DNA of 63,947 nt, the filler included, from Octopus bimaculoides (taxonomy: Eukaryota): the NCBI RefSeq assembly GCF_001194135.2. It is 7 parts of 7 records of this genome, joined end to end, with 100 filler letters (N's around TTAATTAATTAA, not from the genome) between each part and the next. Parts side by side here need not be neighbours in the genome. Positions count along the whole stretch, not along the records: positions 1 to 15,581 come from NC_068985.1; 6 more parts are not named here. One strand, 5' to 3'. The position numbers and the translations under genes were made by a program. Numbering within the stretch: position 1 is the stretch's first letter; every line of letters begins with the position of its first letter. Shown piece after piece: positions 1 to 14,208 of the stretch. The notes beneath the pieces were generated by a model. That model was given only the letters and a program-made list of their open reading frames with translations. It was not told where the DNA came from and did no database searches.

Positions 1-360
1 GATGCCAGTACTAAGTGCCTCTTCTAATTTTTTAACTAGGTCTCCCTCTATTCTATTTCGGTCTAACGCTAAGGCCTTACTGTACCTAACCGATTCTGAC
101 TTGATTGCTTTTTTGAGGGCATACCACCATCTGTTGTTGATGATGGCACCCGTTAATGCTCTCTTAACTAAAGTGCTAATCTGGTCCCTGTAAGCCTGGC
201 GTGCCGTGAACGACGCGTTCAGCTTCCAGTAACCGGGACCCTGTCTATGTGTCTTATCTAAGTCAAGCGTACAAGTGACAAATTTGTGGTCTGTGTAACT
301 GACTATGTGGAATTGTGGACAACCTACTCTATCCTTATTCACTGTCCTACAGAATATCCT
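1..360 (-). mobile_element. Tx1/L1-clade LINE ORF2 fragment (end of endonuclease plus linker)
   Basis: 120 stop-free codons, translated by hand and absent from the ORF track: RIFCR...SYTDHKFV...GPGYWKLNASF...WWYALKKAIK. The DH and GPGYWKLN motifs are typical of Tx1/L1 ORF2. Truncated at a (GATA)n tract and runs off the window edge. Confidence 0.85.
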
Positions 361-727
361 AGATAGATAGATAGATAGATAGATACAGGGAATCGGATAT
401 ATAATCAAAATACAACAATATTATTATCCACCAACATAAAGTGCCATATAGGTAGAATTGTAAAGTGAAGCTTTATTTAGCGCCGAACGGTTATCGACTG
501 CTACTTCTTGCAAATAATGGTACTTCGTGTACGGCTTCATCATATTTATGTGAGTGTGTGCGTGTGTGTAGTCACAATCTATAATAATATTTTAATAATA
601 TTCTAGCTGTTGCTACCACCCTGTGGTGAAAGACACTGCTTTGAAGCAATTGGATTACTATCAATCGCCTCGAGAAATAACAGCTTCTAACTGGTTACCC
701 GAAGCTAGGTGTTCTTTTAATCACATC

Positions 728-1381
728 GTTGTTGTTGTTACTCCGTCGCTTACGACGTCGAGGTTTCCAGTTGATCCGATCAACGGAACTGCCTGCTCGT
801 GACATTAACGTGCAAGTGGCTGAGCACTCCACAGACACGTGTACCCTTTACGTAGTTCTCGGGGATATTCAGTGTGACACAGTGTGACAAGGCTGACCTT
901 TGAATTACAGGCACAACAGAAACAGAAAGTAAGAGTGAGAGAAAGTTATGGTAAAAGAGTAAAGCAGGGTTCGCCACCATCCCCTGCCGGAGCCTCGTGC
1001 AGCTTTAGGTGTTTTCGCTCAATAGACACTCACAACGCCCGGTCTGGGANNNNNNNNNNCCTGCTCGTGACATTAACGTGCAAGTGGCTGAGCACTCCAC
1101 AGACACGTGTACCCTTTACGTAGTTCTCGGGGATATTCAGTGTGACACAGTGTGACAAGGCTGACCTTTGAATTACAGGCACAACAGAAACAGAAAGTAA
1201 GAGTGAGAGAAAGTTATGGTAAAAGAGTAAAGCAGGGTTCGCCACCATCCCCTGCCGGAGCCTCGTGCAGCTTTAGGTGTTTTCGCTCAATAGACACTCA
1301 CAACGCCCGGTCTGGGAATCGAAACCGCGATCCTATGATCGCGAGTCCGCTGCCCTAACCAGTGGGCCATTGCGCTTCCAC
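728..1381 (-). mobile_element. tRNA-derived SINE, family A (full length, with an internal artefactual duplication)
   Basis: Minus-strand head GTGGAAGCGCAATGGCCCACTGGTTAGG (A box) and GGTTTCGATTCCC (B box), with an (AAC)n tail. 792-1049 is repeated at 1060-1317 across a 10-N gap. Confidence 0.9.
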
Positions 1382-2247
1382 AAATCACATCATATTGTTA
1401 AGAAAAGTCATATTAGACAATCAAGTATTAAATACTCCAAAATGCTGGTTAGCCAAGTCTGAGACACTTTCTATTATCGGCCTGTTCGATCAAATTTGAC
1501 CTAAGTCTAAATAACAAGACAACTGATTGTTTGGTATGTTATTAGATAGCAAGAGAAAGTATGTGTATGTGTGTGTTGGTGTTTTTATATTCTTATGAAT
1601 ACTTAGGCAACATGACGGAATAGTTTAAAAGTCTTTTTTGTAATCACAGAACCCTGGCTTCGATTTCACTCCCTGGAATTGTAAGTAAGTGTCATTTGCC
1701 ATTCCCTCGCGTTAATCCAACCCTTTTGATTGGAATTGGTTTGATGGATGCCATGTGTAAACCCATCTAGTGGTTTGTAGTTCCACTCTTGTCACACACT
1801 CACGCAGATTCTACCTGAGAATTATTTTAAGAATACGTATGGCTATGGAATACTTAACCACTTACACTAGAAATAACCGATCAGGTAATTCAGTTGATAG
1901 AAGAGCTGAATACTCGTTGTCGAAACCGACGGAGGTCGATTTGTGTTTCTATGAATAAATGTGAAAGAAATCAATAAGTTTAGGTCATATCTAAGAGGTT
2001 AAAAAGATTATGTCCAAATCTATAAAATAAGTATTTGAGATTGGAACACAAACAAAATTATGCAAGTTGAAACTGGTAAAAATTTGATTCGCAATGCAAA
2101 TGAGAAAGGAATTCCTTAGAGAATCCTTGGAAAAGATCAAAATTAATTTAGTTAATATAAATACTGGATATCATTTATATCGTCATACCTGTTATATTTG
2201 TCATAGCTTATTCATCAGACTATCACATTTACTCAGATATTGTTGAT

Positions 2248-2518
2248 GGCACTCCCTCGTTTACGACGTCGAGGGTTCCAGTTGATCCGATCAACTGAAC
2301 AGCCTGCTCGTGAAATTAACGTGCAAGTGGCTGAGCATTCCACAGACACGTGTACCCTTAACGTAGTTCTCGGGGATATTCAGCGTGACACAGTGTGACA
2401 AGGCTGACCCTTTGAATTACAGGCACAATAGAAACAGGAAGTAAAAGTGAGATAAAGTTGTGGTGGAAGAGAACAGCAGGATTCGCCACCATCCCCTGCC
2501 GGAGCCTCGTACAACTTT
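2248..2518 (-). mobile_element. SINE family A, 5'-truncated copy
   Basis: Near-identical to the 3' part of 728-1381. Confidence 0.9.
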
Positions 2519-3297
2519 ATAGTATATATATTTCAATTACCCACTCGGCTTTGTTCTTGTCACTTTTGATTAAAAGAAAGTCAGTATAAAATCTAGTAGA
2601 GTTATGCTGGAATTTCTTCCAACCATATATATCTGGTCATATATAACAGTTCTTTTTCCTTTTATTTTTTCTTCTTTTTAAGCATAGTATATCAAGCCTC
2701 ACGTTATTGAAGGAGTACCACTTTCCTTTTTTTTTTTTTAATAATAATTTGAAGAAATTTGGTTGATATTTCTAGCTAGTCCAGTGGCTGGACTATATAT
2801 TTTCGGTGAATAATGTAGGAAGGCAGTTCAGTGATGATGAAAATATTTACCACATTTTACTCCAATATTTCTTATGAAATGATTGGTAAACGCTAGAATT
2901 ATGTTAGAGTTATGAACACACACGACTTATTGTACTGTCTATTTTAATCATTGCAGGTCCGTTTAAATATATTTAACTATAATGACAGTGTCAAAGACAA
3001 AATCGAATCTGTTCAAGACGTCTTTTTTGTTTGTTTTTTTTATTTTCTCTTCCACCAGATTGCGATTGTTCGTGCGTCTTACGTCTTGCTACTTGGACGT
3101 ATCATGAGAACAAATTCCACATTTTATTCTAGGCACGTTTCACTAATAAAGGCAGCGAAACGGAAAATTTATCAAGATTTACATACATACAAACTCACGT
3201 ATGCACAATCACAAACATGTGTGTATGTGTGTGTACGTGTGTGTGTGTGTGTGTGTGTATACAAACATACGTGCATACGTCTAATACATATATGTAT

Positions 3298-3353
<56 letters not shown>

Positions 3354-4161
3354 ACAGACAGATTTAGTGTGGGTGTGTATCTGTCTCGTATGCGTCTGCG
3401 TAAATGTTATTTTGCTGGTGATGAATGCAGCAACCTATCAAGCACAATATATATGAGGGTGTTAGGACAAGTGGATAGACATAAAGTGTTTNNNNNNNNN
3501 NNNNNNNNNNNNNNNNNNNNNNNNNNNNNNNNNNNNNNNNNNNNNNNNNNNNNNNNNNNNNNNNNNNNNNNNNNNNNNNNNNNNNNNNNNNNNNNNNNNN
3601 NNNNNNNNNNNNNNNNNNNNNNNNNNNNNNNNNNNNNNNNNNNNNNNNNNNNNNNNNNNNNNNNNNNNNNNNNNNNNNNNNNNNNNNNNNNNNNNNNNNN
3701 NNNNNNNNNNNNNNNNNNNNNNNNNNNNNNNNNNNNNNNNNNNNNNNNNNNNNNNNNNNNNNNNNNNNNNNNNNNNNNNNNNNNNNNNNNNNNNNNNNNN
3801 NNNNNNNNNNNNNNNNNNNNNNNNNNNNNNNNNNNNNNNNNNNNNNNNNNNNNNNNNNNNNNNNNNNNNNNNNNNNNNNNNNNNNNNNNNNNNNNNNNNN
3901 NNNNNNNNNATATATATGTACGCAGTTTATTGGATCTGTTTCCTTAGCTTTGAAACAATGGAGTATATTTTACAGGAAAATAACGAAATGCCCTTTTATA
4001 GGGCAGCAGCATTAATATTTGCTCCATCAAAAGGCTAAGCTATGTATGTCGGGTTTTGTATGAGTATTGGAACATATTTATGTAGTTGTATGTTCACACA
4101 TGGATACTTATGTATCTGAATATGTAGGAGAGGTTGTATGTGTAACTGTGTGTTGCTTGTT

Positions 4162-4507
4162 GGCACTCCGTCGCTTACGACGTCGAGGATTCCAGTTGAT
4201 CCGATCAACGGAACAGCCTGCTCGTGAAATTAACGTGCAAGTGGCTGAGCACTCCACAGACACGTGCACGCTTAACGTAGCTCACGGGGATATTCAGCAT
4301 GACAAAGCTGACCCTTTGAATTACATGCACAACAGAAACAGGAAGTAAGAGTGAGAGAAAGTTGTGATGAAAGAGTACAGCAGAGTTCGCCACCATCCGC
4401 TGCCAGAACCTCGAGGTGCTTTAGGTGTTTTCGCTCAATAAACACTCACAACGCCCGGTCTGGGAATTGAAACCGCGATCCTATGACCGCGAGTCCGCTG
4501 CCCTAAC
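4162..4507 (-). mobile_element. SINE family A copy
   Basis: Near-identical to 728-1381, including the B box; lacks the first ~20 nt of the head. Confidence 0.9.
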
Positions 4508-5676
4508 GGAATTTCTATTTTACTAGCTGGTCTCCAAGAAATAGACGCAAAGGTTCTCAAATCACATCTTTCTGCCTTAGATATAAATGGTGCATCAAAG
4601 AATGTAGCTTCTATATTATAGACGGGTAGTCACGACATGAAGGCTTTTAGCACAAGACTCCAATCTAGGTTTATATGGGGATAAACAACAGCACTATACG
4701 AGTTTCGTATCAGCAAAGAACATTCTACGTGAGTAGGCTTGATGTGAGTTAGAGAGCAGTATTGCTGCATGATGACAATAAGAAACACGAGAGAAAACAG
4801 ATGCAAGGCTACTGATAAAAAAGCATAAGAATAACTGAAAGAGGATAAATTCAGACAGATATAAGAAAAATATGGAGAAAGGTTTGAAGAGGAATATTTA
4901 TTAAAAAAATTACTAAAAAGAAACACGAACAAACCCCATCGTTTTTGACAGAAACTGTGCTCGTATTTTTAATTAATAACTTTGATTTCAACATTTTACA
5001 GACCTCCTGTCATTGCTGTTGTACGTGTTAATGTACATACAGTTGTTTGTTTGATGTCGTTTTTATTTTATCAAAACTTTTGTACTGACAATATGCAGAT
5101 GAGTAATGGGTTATTATTCATTTTCTTTATTTTCTGTTCTTACTTATTTTGTGTTCATTAAGTCACTGCTTTAACATGTCGCAGACTATAGCGTTTTACT
5201 TTCCTTTTTCTTTTTTTTATTCATATTTTTTGTATTTTGAAGAATAATTCCTTTTCGGTTGTGTTGTTTGTGTTTTTTACTTCTTCCTCCAACACGTTTT
5301 GAAATAATTTCAACCGAACATCGAAGCAAACATATGTCATGAATCACACTACACAGTCTGCTGTATAACACGTTTGTTTGTTGGTTTTATTTTTCAATGA
5401 GTCTGGACACATTTCGGTGAATCATAGAAACAGACGACAAATGCTAACGATTCAAAACAACGAAGACTTGGATTTATTTTTTTACTCACGAAATATTTTT
5501 TGTTAATTAAGAAGAAAACAAACTTCTCGGTTTAGAATTAATTTATTTAAAATAGAAATTACTCATAGTTGTTCTTTTATCAGTGTAATCATTGTTGCCT
5601 TCCTCTTCATTTTTTCATTTTATTACTACTACAACAAGAAATATTATTATTATTATTATTATTATTATTGTTATGA

Positions 5677-5723
<47 letters not shown>

Positions 5724-6906
5724 GTTATTATTAAATTTGCTGTTAACGTCAGTATTGTTAATGTTGTTCGTGTTTTTAGTTTTATACTGTTGTTTGTTTA
5801 ACAGGAAATGTTGAACTTTCAAAAATTTTCGAGAAAATAGTTTACTGTTATGTTAATCTCTGCTTTATTGTTTTCTTGATCATTCTTGCATAAATCGGAA
5901 AGTGAATATTGTGAAAAGAGATAACACGGATGCCTGTATTTCAGGTATTTTAATGGTTATGAATAGTGGAATACAGATAATCCTCCATATTGTTTTACAC
6001 TGTTTCGTCAATAGTCAATGATAAAGAAAGTGAGCTTCTAAACGTGGAGAAGTAAGCAAGGAGATAGTCGGCTCATATGTTCTTCTTGTGAAATGTACGT
6101 TGAGGTCTAACGAAAGTAATGTCTCTGTCTGCACAACGTCAGCTTTGTTCGACCAGTGGTTACGCCACAAGAGGACGAACTCTTTAGATATGGCGAACTG
6201 TTACTGAGAAGCCTGAAAGAAGTATGGCCACTATCAACCTATCTACCCAGCTACTTTCTCTCTGCCTGCCTACCAACCAACTTTCCTACATACATACATA
6301 CATGAGAATAGAGGAAAACAAAAGAATTATAATTTATTCTGCGATCATTGCCATTAGAACTATTGATGATATTTGCGTTCTTTTCATGTGGGTAAAATAG
6401 TGAATTTAGAACCATAGACCAGATATGCATACATACAATATTCCAGTAAAATATTGCACTCTTGCTTTCTTTGTTTCATACTTTTTGCCTGATCATTACT
6501 TTAAACTATGCAAAACTGAGAAAGGACTGGACTTTTATAATAAGACTAAATCGGCCTCGCTGAGAAGGAAGTAGCTACAGGGTGTTTTTATTCGCTACAG
6601 TGATGGCCTTTACTTTTCAAATCCTGTTTGTCTCGTCTCTCTACCACTCAGGTACCCCAACACCCAGCTCATTAGTTTGTTTTTTTTTTTTTTATCTCTT
6701 GTTACGCTAGTTTCCTCCTACACTCTTCCCTCCATCCCCGCACAAACTACTATATGCAATCCATCCTCCTCACAAAATCCCTTCTCTGAAATCTTTGCCA
6801 ACTCTTTCATGCAGGTGTTGATCTGTGTAAATGGAACACTAACAGCATCAAGCTAATCAGACCTTCAAAGATCATGGGCAGTTCCTCTTTGTCCAGNNNN
6901 NNNNNN

Positions 6907-6979
<73 letters not shown>

Positions 6980-7391
6980 CGTACACGGGTAGTTGGGTAG
7001 TTGTGTTCTGTTTGGCTTAATGTGAACTTTGATAATTAGCTTTTTTTGACACAATGCTCGAAAGACTGCATTAACTAATACGACTTCCCTTCTTTATTAG
7101 ACAATGGTTTGTTTAGCAAAAAATTCGTTTTTTTTTTAATTCTGAGTCGAGTGCATACTTAAAGATTCCTTCATTGATTCACGTATGCTATGCATATATT
7201 CTGTTGTTACTGCTTCGTATGACATCAAACCACCAATCAGACACAGAATGCAGAGCATAGCTCTGCTTTTCTCTATCATGGCCACCCCATCTTTTTATGA
7301 AGTACATTGCGTGTAACTAGAAAATTAGATTATCGAATTTTGTTCTTCGCATAAAACCGAATGTGATTCAGAAGAGATTTGGCTGGTCTCT

Positions 7392-7405
7392 CCAGCAGGT
7401 GGCGG
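7392..7405 (+). promoter_or_regulatory. Candidate CTCF site
   Basis: CCAGCAGGTGGCGG fits the core consensus CCASYAGRKGGCRS at all 14 positions and sits in non-repetitive AT-rich sequence. Confidence 0.4.
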
Positions 7406-9449
7406 GACCACGTAGATATGCTGTGATTATACTTTTGTACAGTTGCTTTCAGCTTGAATTCCGTTCGTTGTTTTTCTTTTCTTACTCATTTTAACTTCGT
7501 TCTAATCTATTCAGTAATACATTCAATTTTTCTTTCCTTCCTTTTTTTTAATCTTGTGTTATTCTAATAATATTTTGTGTAGAAGGGTTAACGTTGATTT
7601 TGTTTATTTTGGTACCTTGAATGGCACCTTCCGTGGAAATCAATGAAAACTATAAAATAAACGAGAACTATATGATTGCTTAGTGTTTGTTTGCTTGTCC
7701 TTCTTTCCTTGTTTATTGACGTTGGTGTTGTTTTTATACTTGTTTTTGTTTTTCTCATTTGTGTTTATTATTATCGTCATCATTATTGTTGTTGCTGTTC
7801 GTCTTGTAATATAATTCATCAAAAGAACAAAATTATAAAATATAACCATGATCAAACAAAAAAAAATTAAATTGTATAGAGAATTATTTTTTTTAAAAAA
7901 GGGCAAAAAGAGAAGAGGAAGAGATAGAGGAAAAACAGGTTAATTGCAAAATAGTTCAAACGATTAGATTCAATTATATGTTCCAGTCGCATAACTGCAC
8001 ATTCCCAACCACTAACTCCTAAATACACACATCAATCAAAGACTATCAGAAATTTGAAATCTTCCCCTTTAGCCAAATCTCGGCTTACTCCACTTCACTT
8101 CGACTATATCTTTTCTAATTCGTTAGGTGCAATGAAGGGTTTGTACACTTTTATGTATTTAAAAATTCCCAGTTGATCAGCAAAAAAAAAGTCATTCTCT
8201 GCATCAAAAGTACTGTTTAGGGAACATTTTATTTTATTTAACTTTTAGAGCTTTGTGTAAAATATTTTTTGCTTTATATTTCTGATACGATTATATCATT
8301 ATTATTATTGTTGTCATGGTGATGGGGTGATGGGGTGATGATTTGGTATAAACGCTTGATTTCCCGATTAAATAAATTACACTATTTAGGTGTTTTGTTT
8401 GTTCTAGTTTTTGCTTTCGGTTTTATTTCTTTCCTCAAGTAGCGATCATGTTTCAATTCCCGGTTGAAATCAATTCGCACTACTAACGTTCAAGGAAAAA
8501 ACATGGACAATACAACTTTTCAGTGACGCTTTCCCATAAAACATGACATACTTTTATGTTATTTAAAAAAAAAAACTCCAACAAAGTTCTTTTGTTTTCT
8601 CACTTTGTTCCACAATACCGATTCGATTTCCTATTGAATTTAAGTGTTACAGAAATCTTGGAGAAAATCAAGAGTAACAGAATGGTCCATTTCGGTATTT
8701 CTCTTATCTAGCATTAAGAAATATCCATTGTTTGCGTGAGTAGGTTCCTAACCACTGACATCAAGTAAATCAAAAGCGTAGCAGGTCAAAGGTAGTGATA
8801 CATTAATATATATAACTGAAGAGGAATAGCGACGATTTGAACAACCGCCACTATATACAAAGAAAGCCATTCTTATTAAGAAAACATGCAGATCCAAAAT
8901 GTACACCGCAATAAAGCTATACAATAGGCTGGTATAGGAACCATGCCACTTTCTTCAAAGGTCAGGTTTAAAATTTTGACTCGAAACCTAACATAAGTAT
9001 CTATCCATCAAATATTTCCTGAAATATTAATCAAAGCGACAAAATTGACACAGAGAAAATGATATTGAACAATCATATGCCACTGCCAGTATCTAGAAAT
9101 GACAGGGTAACAATATGTTTGGACAGGCTTATTCATAATGACAGACAATTAAGATCATCAATTTATATATTAAAAACGAGGAATTATTGCAAGGAAAATC
9201 ACAGCTAATGAAATTTCAAACGTTTGCGGATAAAAACATTTCCTTGAAAGGACAATTTAGAGAAACTGTCTGAATGAGAAAACTTAGGAAAGGAAATAAA
9301 TAAATTGTTGAGGTTGAAAATTTAAACAACTCAGCTATGGTAAGAGCACTTAAGAGATATAAGATCAACGCAAATCGAGAGATAGACACAATATTCAGAA
9401 TATCCGAAATAGGAAGAAACATATACACAGAATAGCACTATTAGTCACA

Positions 9450-9541
<92 letters not shown>

Positions 9542-10592
9542 GCAGGATGGTAGGTAGGTAGATAAATACATACATACTTAAATACGTAAATTCATACATA
9601 CATACATACATACATACATACATACATACACACATACACATGCTTACATACATGCATACATAAATATATACATACATACGTACATATATACATATCTATA
9701 CACAGATAAAATACTCAAAATCCGTTGTATAGCGACAAAAGTGTGAATCAATCGTAATACACTCGATGCATATGACGTAGAGCTGTTGATGCAGCTCTTG
9801 CGGTATAACGTAACGGAACACTGAATTGATGGTCTTAGCAAGAGCTTAGCAAACTCAAAAACTTCAAAATGTTATAAAATCCAATGGATCAGACACTACA
9901 CCGAATGATAAGGAAGGGAAAGTGTATTGATTTTTCTAAATAACGCATGCAAATATCTACCACTCTCAGAAGTTCAGATTTAAGTTTAGAGAATAACTAC
10001 TTAAAGCATATGCAGACTATTGATATGGCCTGTCTGAGAATAACATCAAGGAAAATAAAAAGCAAGAGAAAAATAATAAGAACGAACTGTTTTAGTCTTT
10101 GAAATGGCAGAAAAGAGGTTTTGATTTAGGGATTTTGCTAACGACGGTTGGTTGAATGTGCAAAAGAAATAACGCAAGTTGAAAGACAAATGAACAAGTT
10201 AATTAAATGGGCGATAACTATCGAAGTTGTTTTGGGGGTTAGATCAGAGCTGCTGATGTAGCAGATATATGACCAAAAGCATTCGAGCCGTGACCATTCC
10301 ATCGTTTATATATATATATATATATANNNNNNNNNNNNNNNNNNNNNNNNNNNNNNNNNNNNNNNNNNNNNNNNNNNNNNNNNNNNNNNNNNNNNNNNNN
10401 NNNNNNNNNNNNNNNNNNNNNNNNNNNNNNNNNNNNNNNNNNNNNNNNNNNNNNNNNNNNNNNNNNNNNNNNNNNNNNNNNNNNNNNNNNNNNNNNNNNN
10501 NNNNNNNNNNNNNNNNNNNNNNNNNNNNNNNNNNNNNNNNNNNNNNNNNNNNNNNNNNNNNNNNNNNNNNNNNNNNNNNNNNNNNNNNNNNN

Positions 10593-10920
10593 GGTTTCGA
10601 TTCCCAGGCCGGATCTTGTGAGTATTTATTGAGCGAAAACACCTAAAGCTCCACGAGGCTCCGGCAGGGGATGGTGGAAAACCCTGCCGTACTCTTTCAC
10701 CACAACTTTCTCTCACTCTTACTTCCTGTTTCTGTTATACCTGTAATTCAAAGGGCCAGCCTTGTCACACTCTGTGTCACGCTGAATCTCCTCCCGAGAA
10801 CTACGTTAAGGGTACACGTGTCTGTGGAGTGCTCAGCCACTCGCATGTTAAATTTCCCGAGCAAGCTGTTCCGTTGATCGATCAACTGGGACCCTCGTCG
10901 TCGTAACCGACAGAGTGCCA
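10593..10920 (+). mobile_element. SINE family A copy, opposite orientation
   Basis: Begins at the B box GGTTTCGATTCCC after a gap; reverse complement of the copies at 728-4507. Confidence 0.9.
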
Positions 10921-10999
10921 CGATATGTGTGTGTGTGTGTGTGTGTGTGTGTTCGAGTTACTTTGACTCTGTATAGAAAAATCAATTTCATTGACTAAT

Positions 11000-11030
<31 letters not shown>

Positions 11031-11444
11031 TGTGTACGTGAGTAAGTGGGTGTGTATGTGTGTATGTATGACTAAATTATATAGTTTGTTGTTTCTGTCT
11101 TTTATCTTTTACGTGCTTCAGCCACTGGACTTCAGCCATGCTGGGGCAACGCTATGACGGTGTTTTTAGTCGAAAAAATCGAATCAGTGTTGATGTTAGT
11201 TTTTGTTCATTTTTGCTTTTGTTTTTTGTTTGTTTCTTTTGTTTTTGGTAGTCTAATACTTGCTCTATCGGTAACTGTTTCCGAGCCGCTAAGTTATGAT
11301 GACTTGAACAAACCAACACCGGTTGTCAAGCTGTGAGCTATTGACAGACACAGACACAAAGACACGCACACACATAGACATAACCACATATATTCTGTAT
11401 TTAATCCTTCAAATCCTTCTTCTGAAGAAGGAGCTGGTTTCTAA

Positions 11445-11550
11445 TAAGTGTTTTGCTCAAGAACACAATGCATCGCCCGGTCCAAGAATCGAAACCACAA
11501 TCTTACGATCATGGTGCTGACACCCTAACCACTAAGCCACGCGCCTCCAC
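11445..11550 (-). mobile_element. tRNA-derived SINE head related to family A
   Basis: Minus strand reads GTGGAGGCGCGTGGCTTAGTGGTTAGG (A box) ... GGTTTCGATTCT (B box) ... GTGTTCTTGAGCAAAACAC. Confidence 0.75.
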
Positions 11551-12333
11551 AGTACTAATATTATCTACCCTAAAAGCATAAGACATCTTTGGCAGGATTT
11601 GAACTCAGAATGTAAAATCGGGCGAAATGGTGTTAAGCATTTCGCCCGGCATGCTAACGTTTTAGCCAGTACGTCGCCTTTGTAAGTGAAACAATATTGA
11701 GAAAGGCCTTGTCCGAATTTCTCTAAAAAAAATTAACCTCGTAGTCTGGCATATTTTAGCTTACTGTAAAATTGTTACTAGAAATAATAGCAATAAATAT
11801 ATTTTGACAAAATGTGGTAAATTATACAGCATTTGAAATGTAAAAATAATGTGATAGGCAGTAGGCTGATTTTTTTTATTATATTTTGATTTTCATGCAA
11901 ATATATTTAAAAAGGAAAAAAAAAGGAGCGGTGATGTTTCGAAAATGTTTGAAAATGTTACCGATATAACACAACTTCGGCAAGAGATTTTCACAGATAT
12001 GAAGAAACTTTGTAGGAATTCTATCAGGAAATTATAGACTTTACCATATTTATTTCTTTATATCGATTCCAATTTCATTTTTTATTTCATTTTTTTTTTG
12101 TCTATGTTTCTCTTGGTTTCTTTATCACATTGTTGTATTTCATGCTTTCATAGAGGGTTTCTCTCTTCAAGTTATTATTTATTTATCCATTTATTTGTTC
12201 ATTTGTTTATTTATCCATTTTAAACCACGACAGAACTGATATTTACATTGCTAAATCTTCCTGAATAAAGACATGTATGCATGTCTATAGACACTGCATA
12301 TGTGTGTGTATGTGTGTGTGTATTTACGTATGT

Positions 12334-12417
<84 letters not shown>

Positions 12418-12596
12418 TTGTGTGTATGCATATATATATTTATATTCATATGAATAAAAGATATATATATTATATATGTATGTGCACACACACACATAAA
12501 TACGTGTGCTTTGTGTGCGTATATTTTGCAAATGTGCTTGTATAAATACAGTATGGCTATTAATGTATATACAAGCATATATGTGCTATCTTAGTG

Positions 12597-12640
<44 letters not shown>

Positions 12641-13122
12641 CGTGTGTGTGTATTGTATATATACATATTCATGTGTGCGAGTATGTGTATGTGTATATGT
12701 ATGCATGTATGTATGTATGTATGTATGTACGTATGTATGAATGTATGTTTGCATGTATGTATATATGTATGTACGCATGTATATATATATATATATAATG
12801 TATGTATGTATGTATGTATGCATGTATGTATGTATGCATGTATGTATGCATGCATGTATGTATGCATGCATGTATGTATGTATACCGTAAGAGGGGAGAG
12901 AGAGGAAGAAAGTGGGTGAGAGAAAAAGAGGACAGAGATTACAGATTAATATGCATGTGTACGTTGATATGTGTTTAGACGTTTCTAAGTTTTCCACAGA
13001 AGCTTTCCCTATTCTCTCCATTTGAGCTGATAACAGTAAACTTTCTAGCGGTCTCACCATTTCGAGTTGTTATAATTGTTATTATAACTTTTTTAAATAT
13101 TTTTTTTATTTATATATTTTAT

Positions 13123-13163
<41 letters not shown>

Positions 13164-14069
13164 AGTTCGAAAATTTTCTATTGCTAAAACTGTCAGTGTT
13201 ATCTTGAAAACTGTGATTGTGGGTGAATATCAACACGGCAACAAACTATCACAACTGCCAGCCAACATCAACCGCACCAATAGCATATACGTCAATACGA
13301 GTAATGGCAACAATTTTTTTTTTCTCTTACGTATTTTTGCTTGGCATCATGCCAAGTTTTGTTGAAAAGTCTCGGCATAATTAAATAAATTAAACGAGGT
13401 TTATTATTAAAACCTGAACGAGTAATTCAGGGAGTCGCTAAGTAATCTCACGATCTGCTAGACATTCTAGTTAACTCTTTTTGTTTTAAAAGGAATTTAT
13501 ACTTTACACAATATAATCATAGATATACGCTGAATGAATAAAAGACATTGTGGTTTTGTTTAGACTATCCTTGAATATTGAAGTGTTTTGTTATGTCTGA
13601 CTTCAACAATAGCAAAAACAACAACATCAGCAACAGATTAATCCTGATCGTCTGCCTTGGTTTAGGTTGTGTTTCTCTTCGTCCATGTATATTGAAGAGG
13701 GGTCGTTATGTAACAGTCGTATTCTGAAACGAGCCACAATTTCTTTAGTCAGTATGATGACTGAGGTACGACTCTCTTCATTGCTTAGTCGGGAGGAAAA
13801 CAAAGTTCTTATGTCTCTTTAAAAGGTTTCCGAGATTTGCAGGATCGAAAGAAAATACTATTAAACTACTGACTTGACTCAAATCCTTGGGTGCATTTAG
13901 AGGAGTAAACTCCTTTAAGTGCACTCGAGAACCAGGTAGGGGCTTGAGAAATTATATTTACCACATAAGTGGAGCGGGTTTGAAATCAGAGCTCAAATAG
14001 TCGGAATAAATACAAGAAAGCATCTCACCGGCGCGTTACCTATTTCAGCAGTCCACTGCCCAAGACTGG

Positions 14070-14208
14070 CGTGGTATTTATCGACACTGGAAACATGAAG
14101 GACAAAATTAATTTCAACGGTATTTGAACTCAGAATGTAAGGAGCCGGAAAAAAATTCACAAAGCATTTCATCCGATGTGCTAACCACTCTTCCAATTCG
14201 CTACCTTA
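14070..14208 (-). mobile_element. SINE family B copy (diverged)
   Basis: Reverse complement matches the 23635-23850 unit. Another head fragment lies at ~11570-11680. Confidence 0.7.

Noticed and set aside
792-1317. Apparent 258-bp tandem duplication giving twin ORFs (780-980/1030-1248 and 884-1123/1152-1358)
   Set aside because: The copies look identical and flank a 10-N gap, so this is an unmerged contig overlap inside one SINE.
1310-1381. tRNA genes (also ~11480-11550, 23635-23720 and 38705-38760)
   Set aside because: A and B boxes are present but there is no complete cloverleaf and each continues into a SINE body.
6030-6212. Possible exon 2 after TCTTTCAG on the minus strand
   Set aside because: The required phase-1 frame stops after 9 codons, has no Cys pattern and lies beyond an artificial join.
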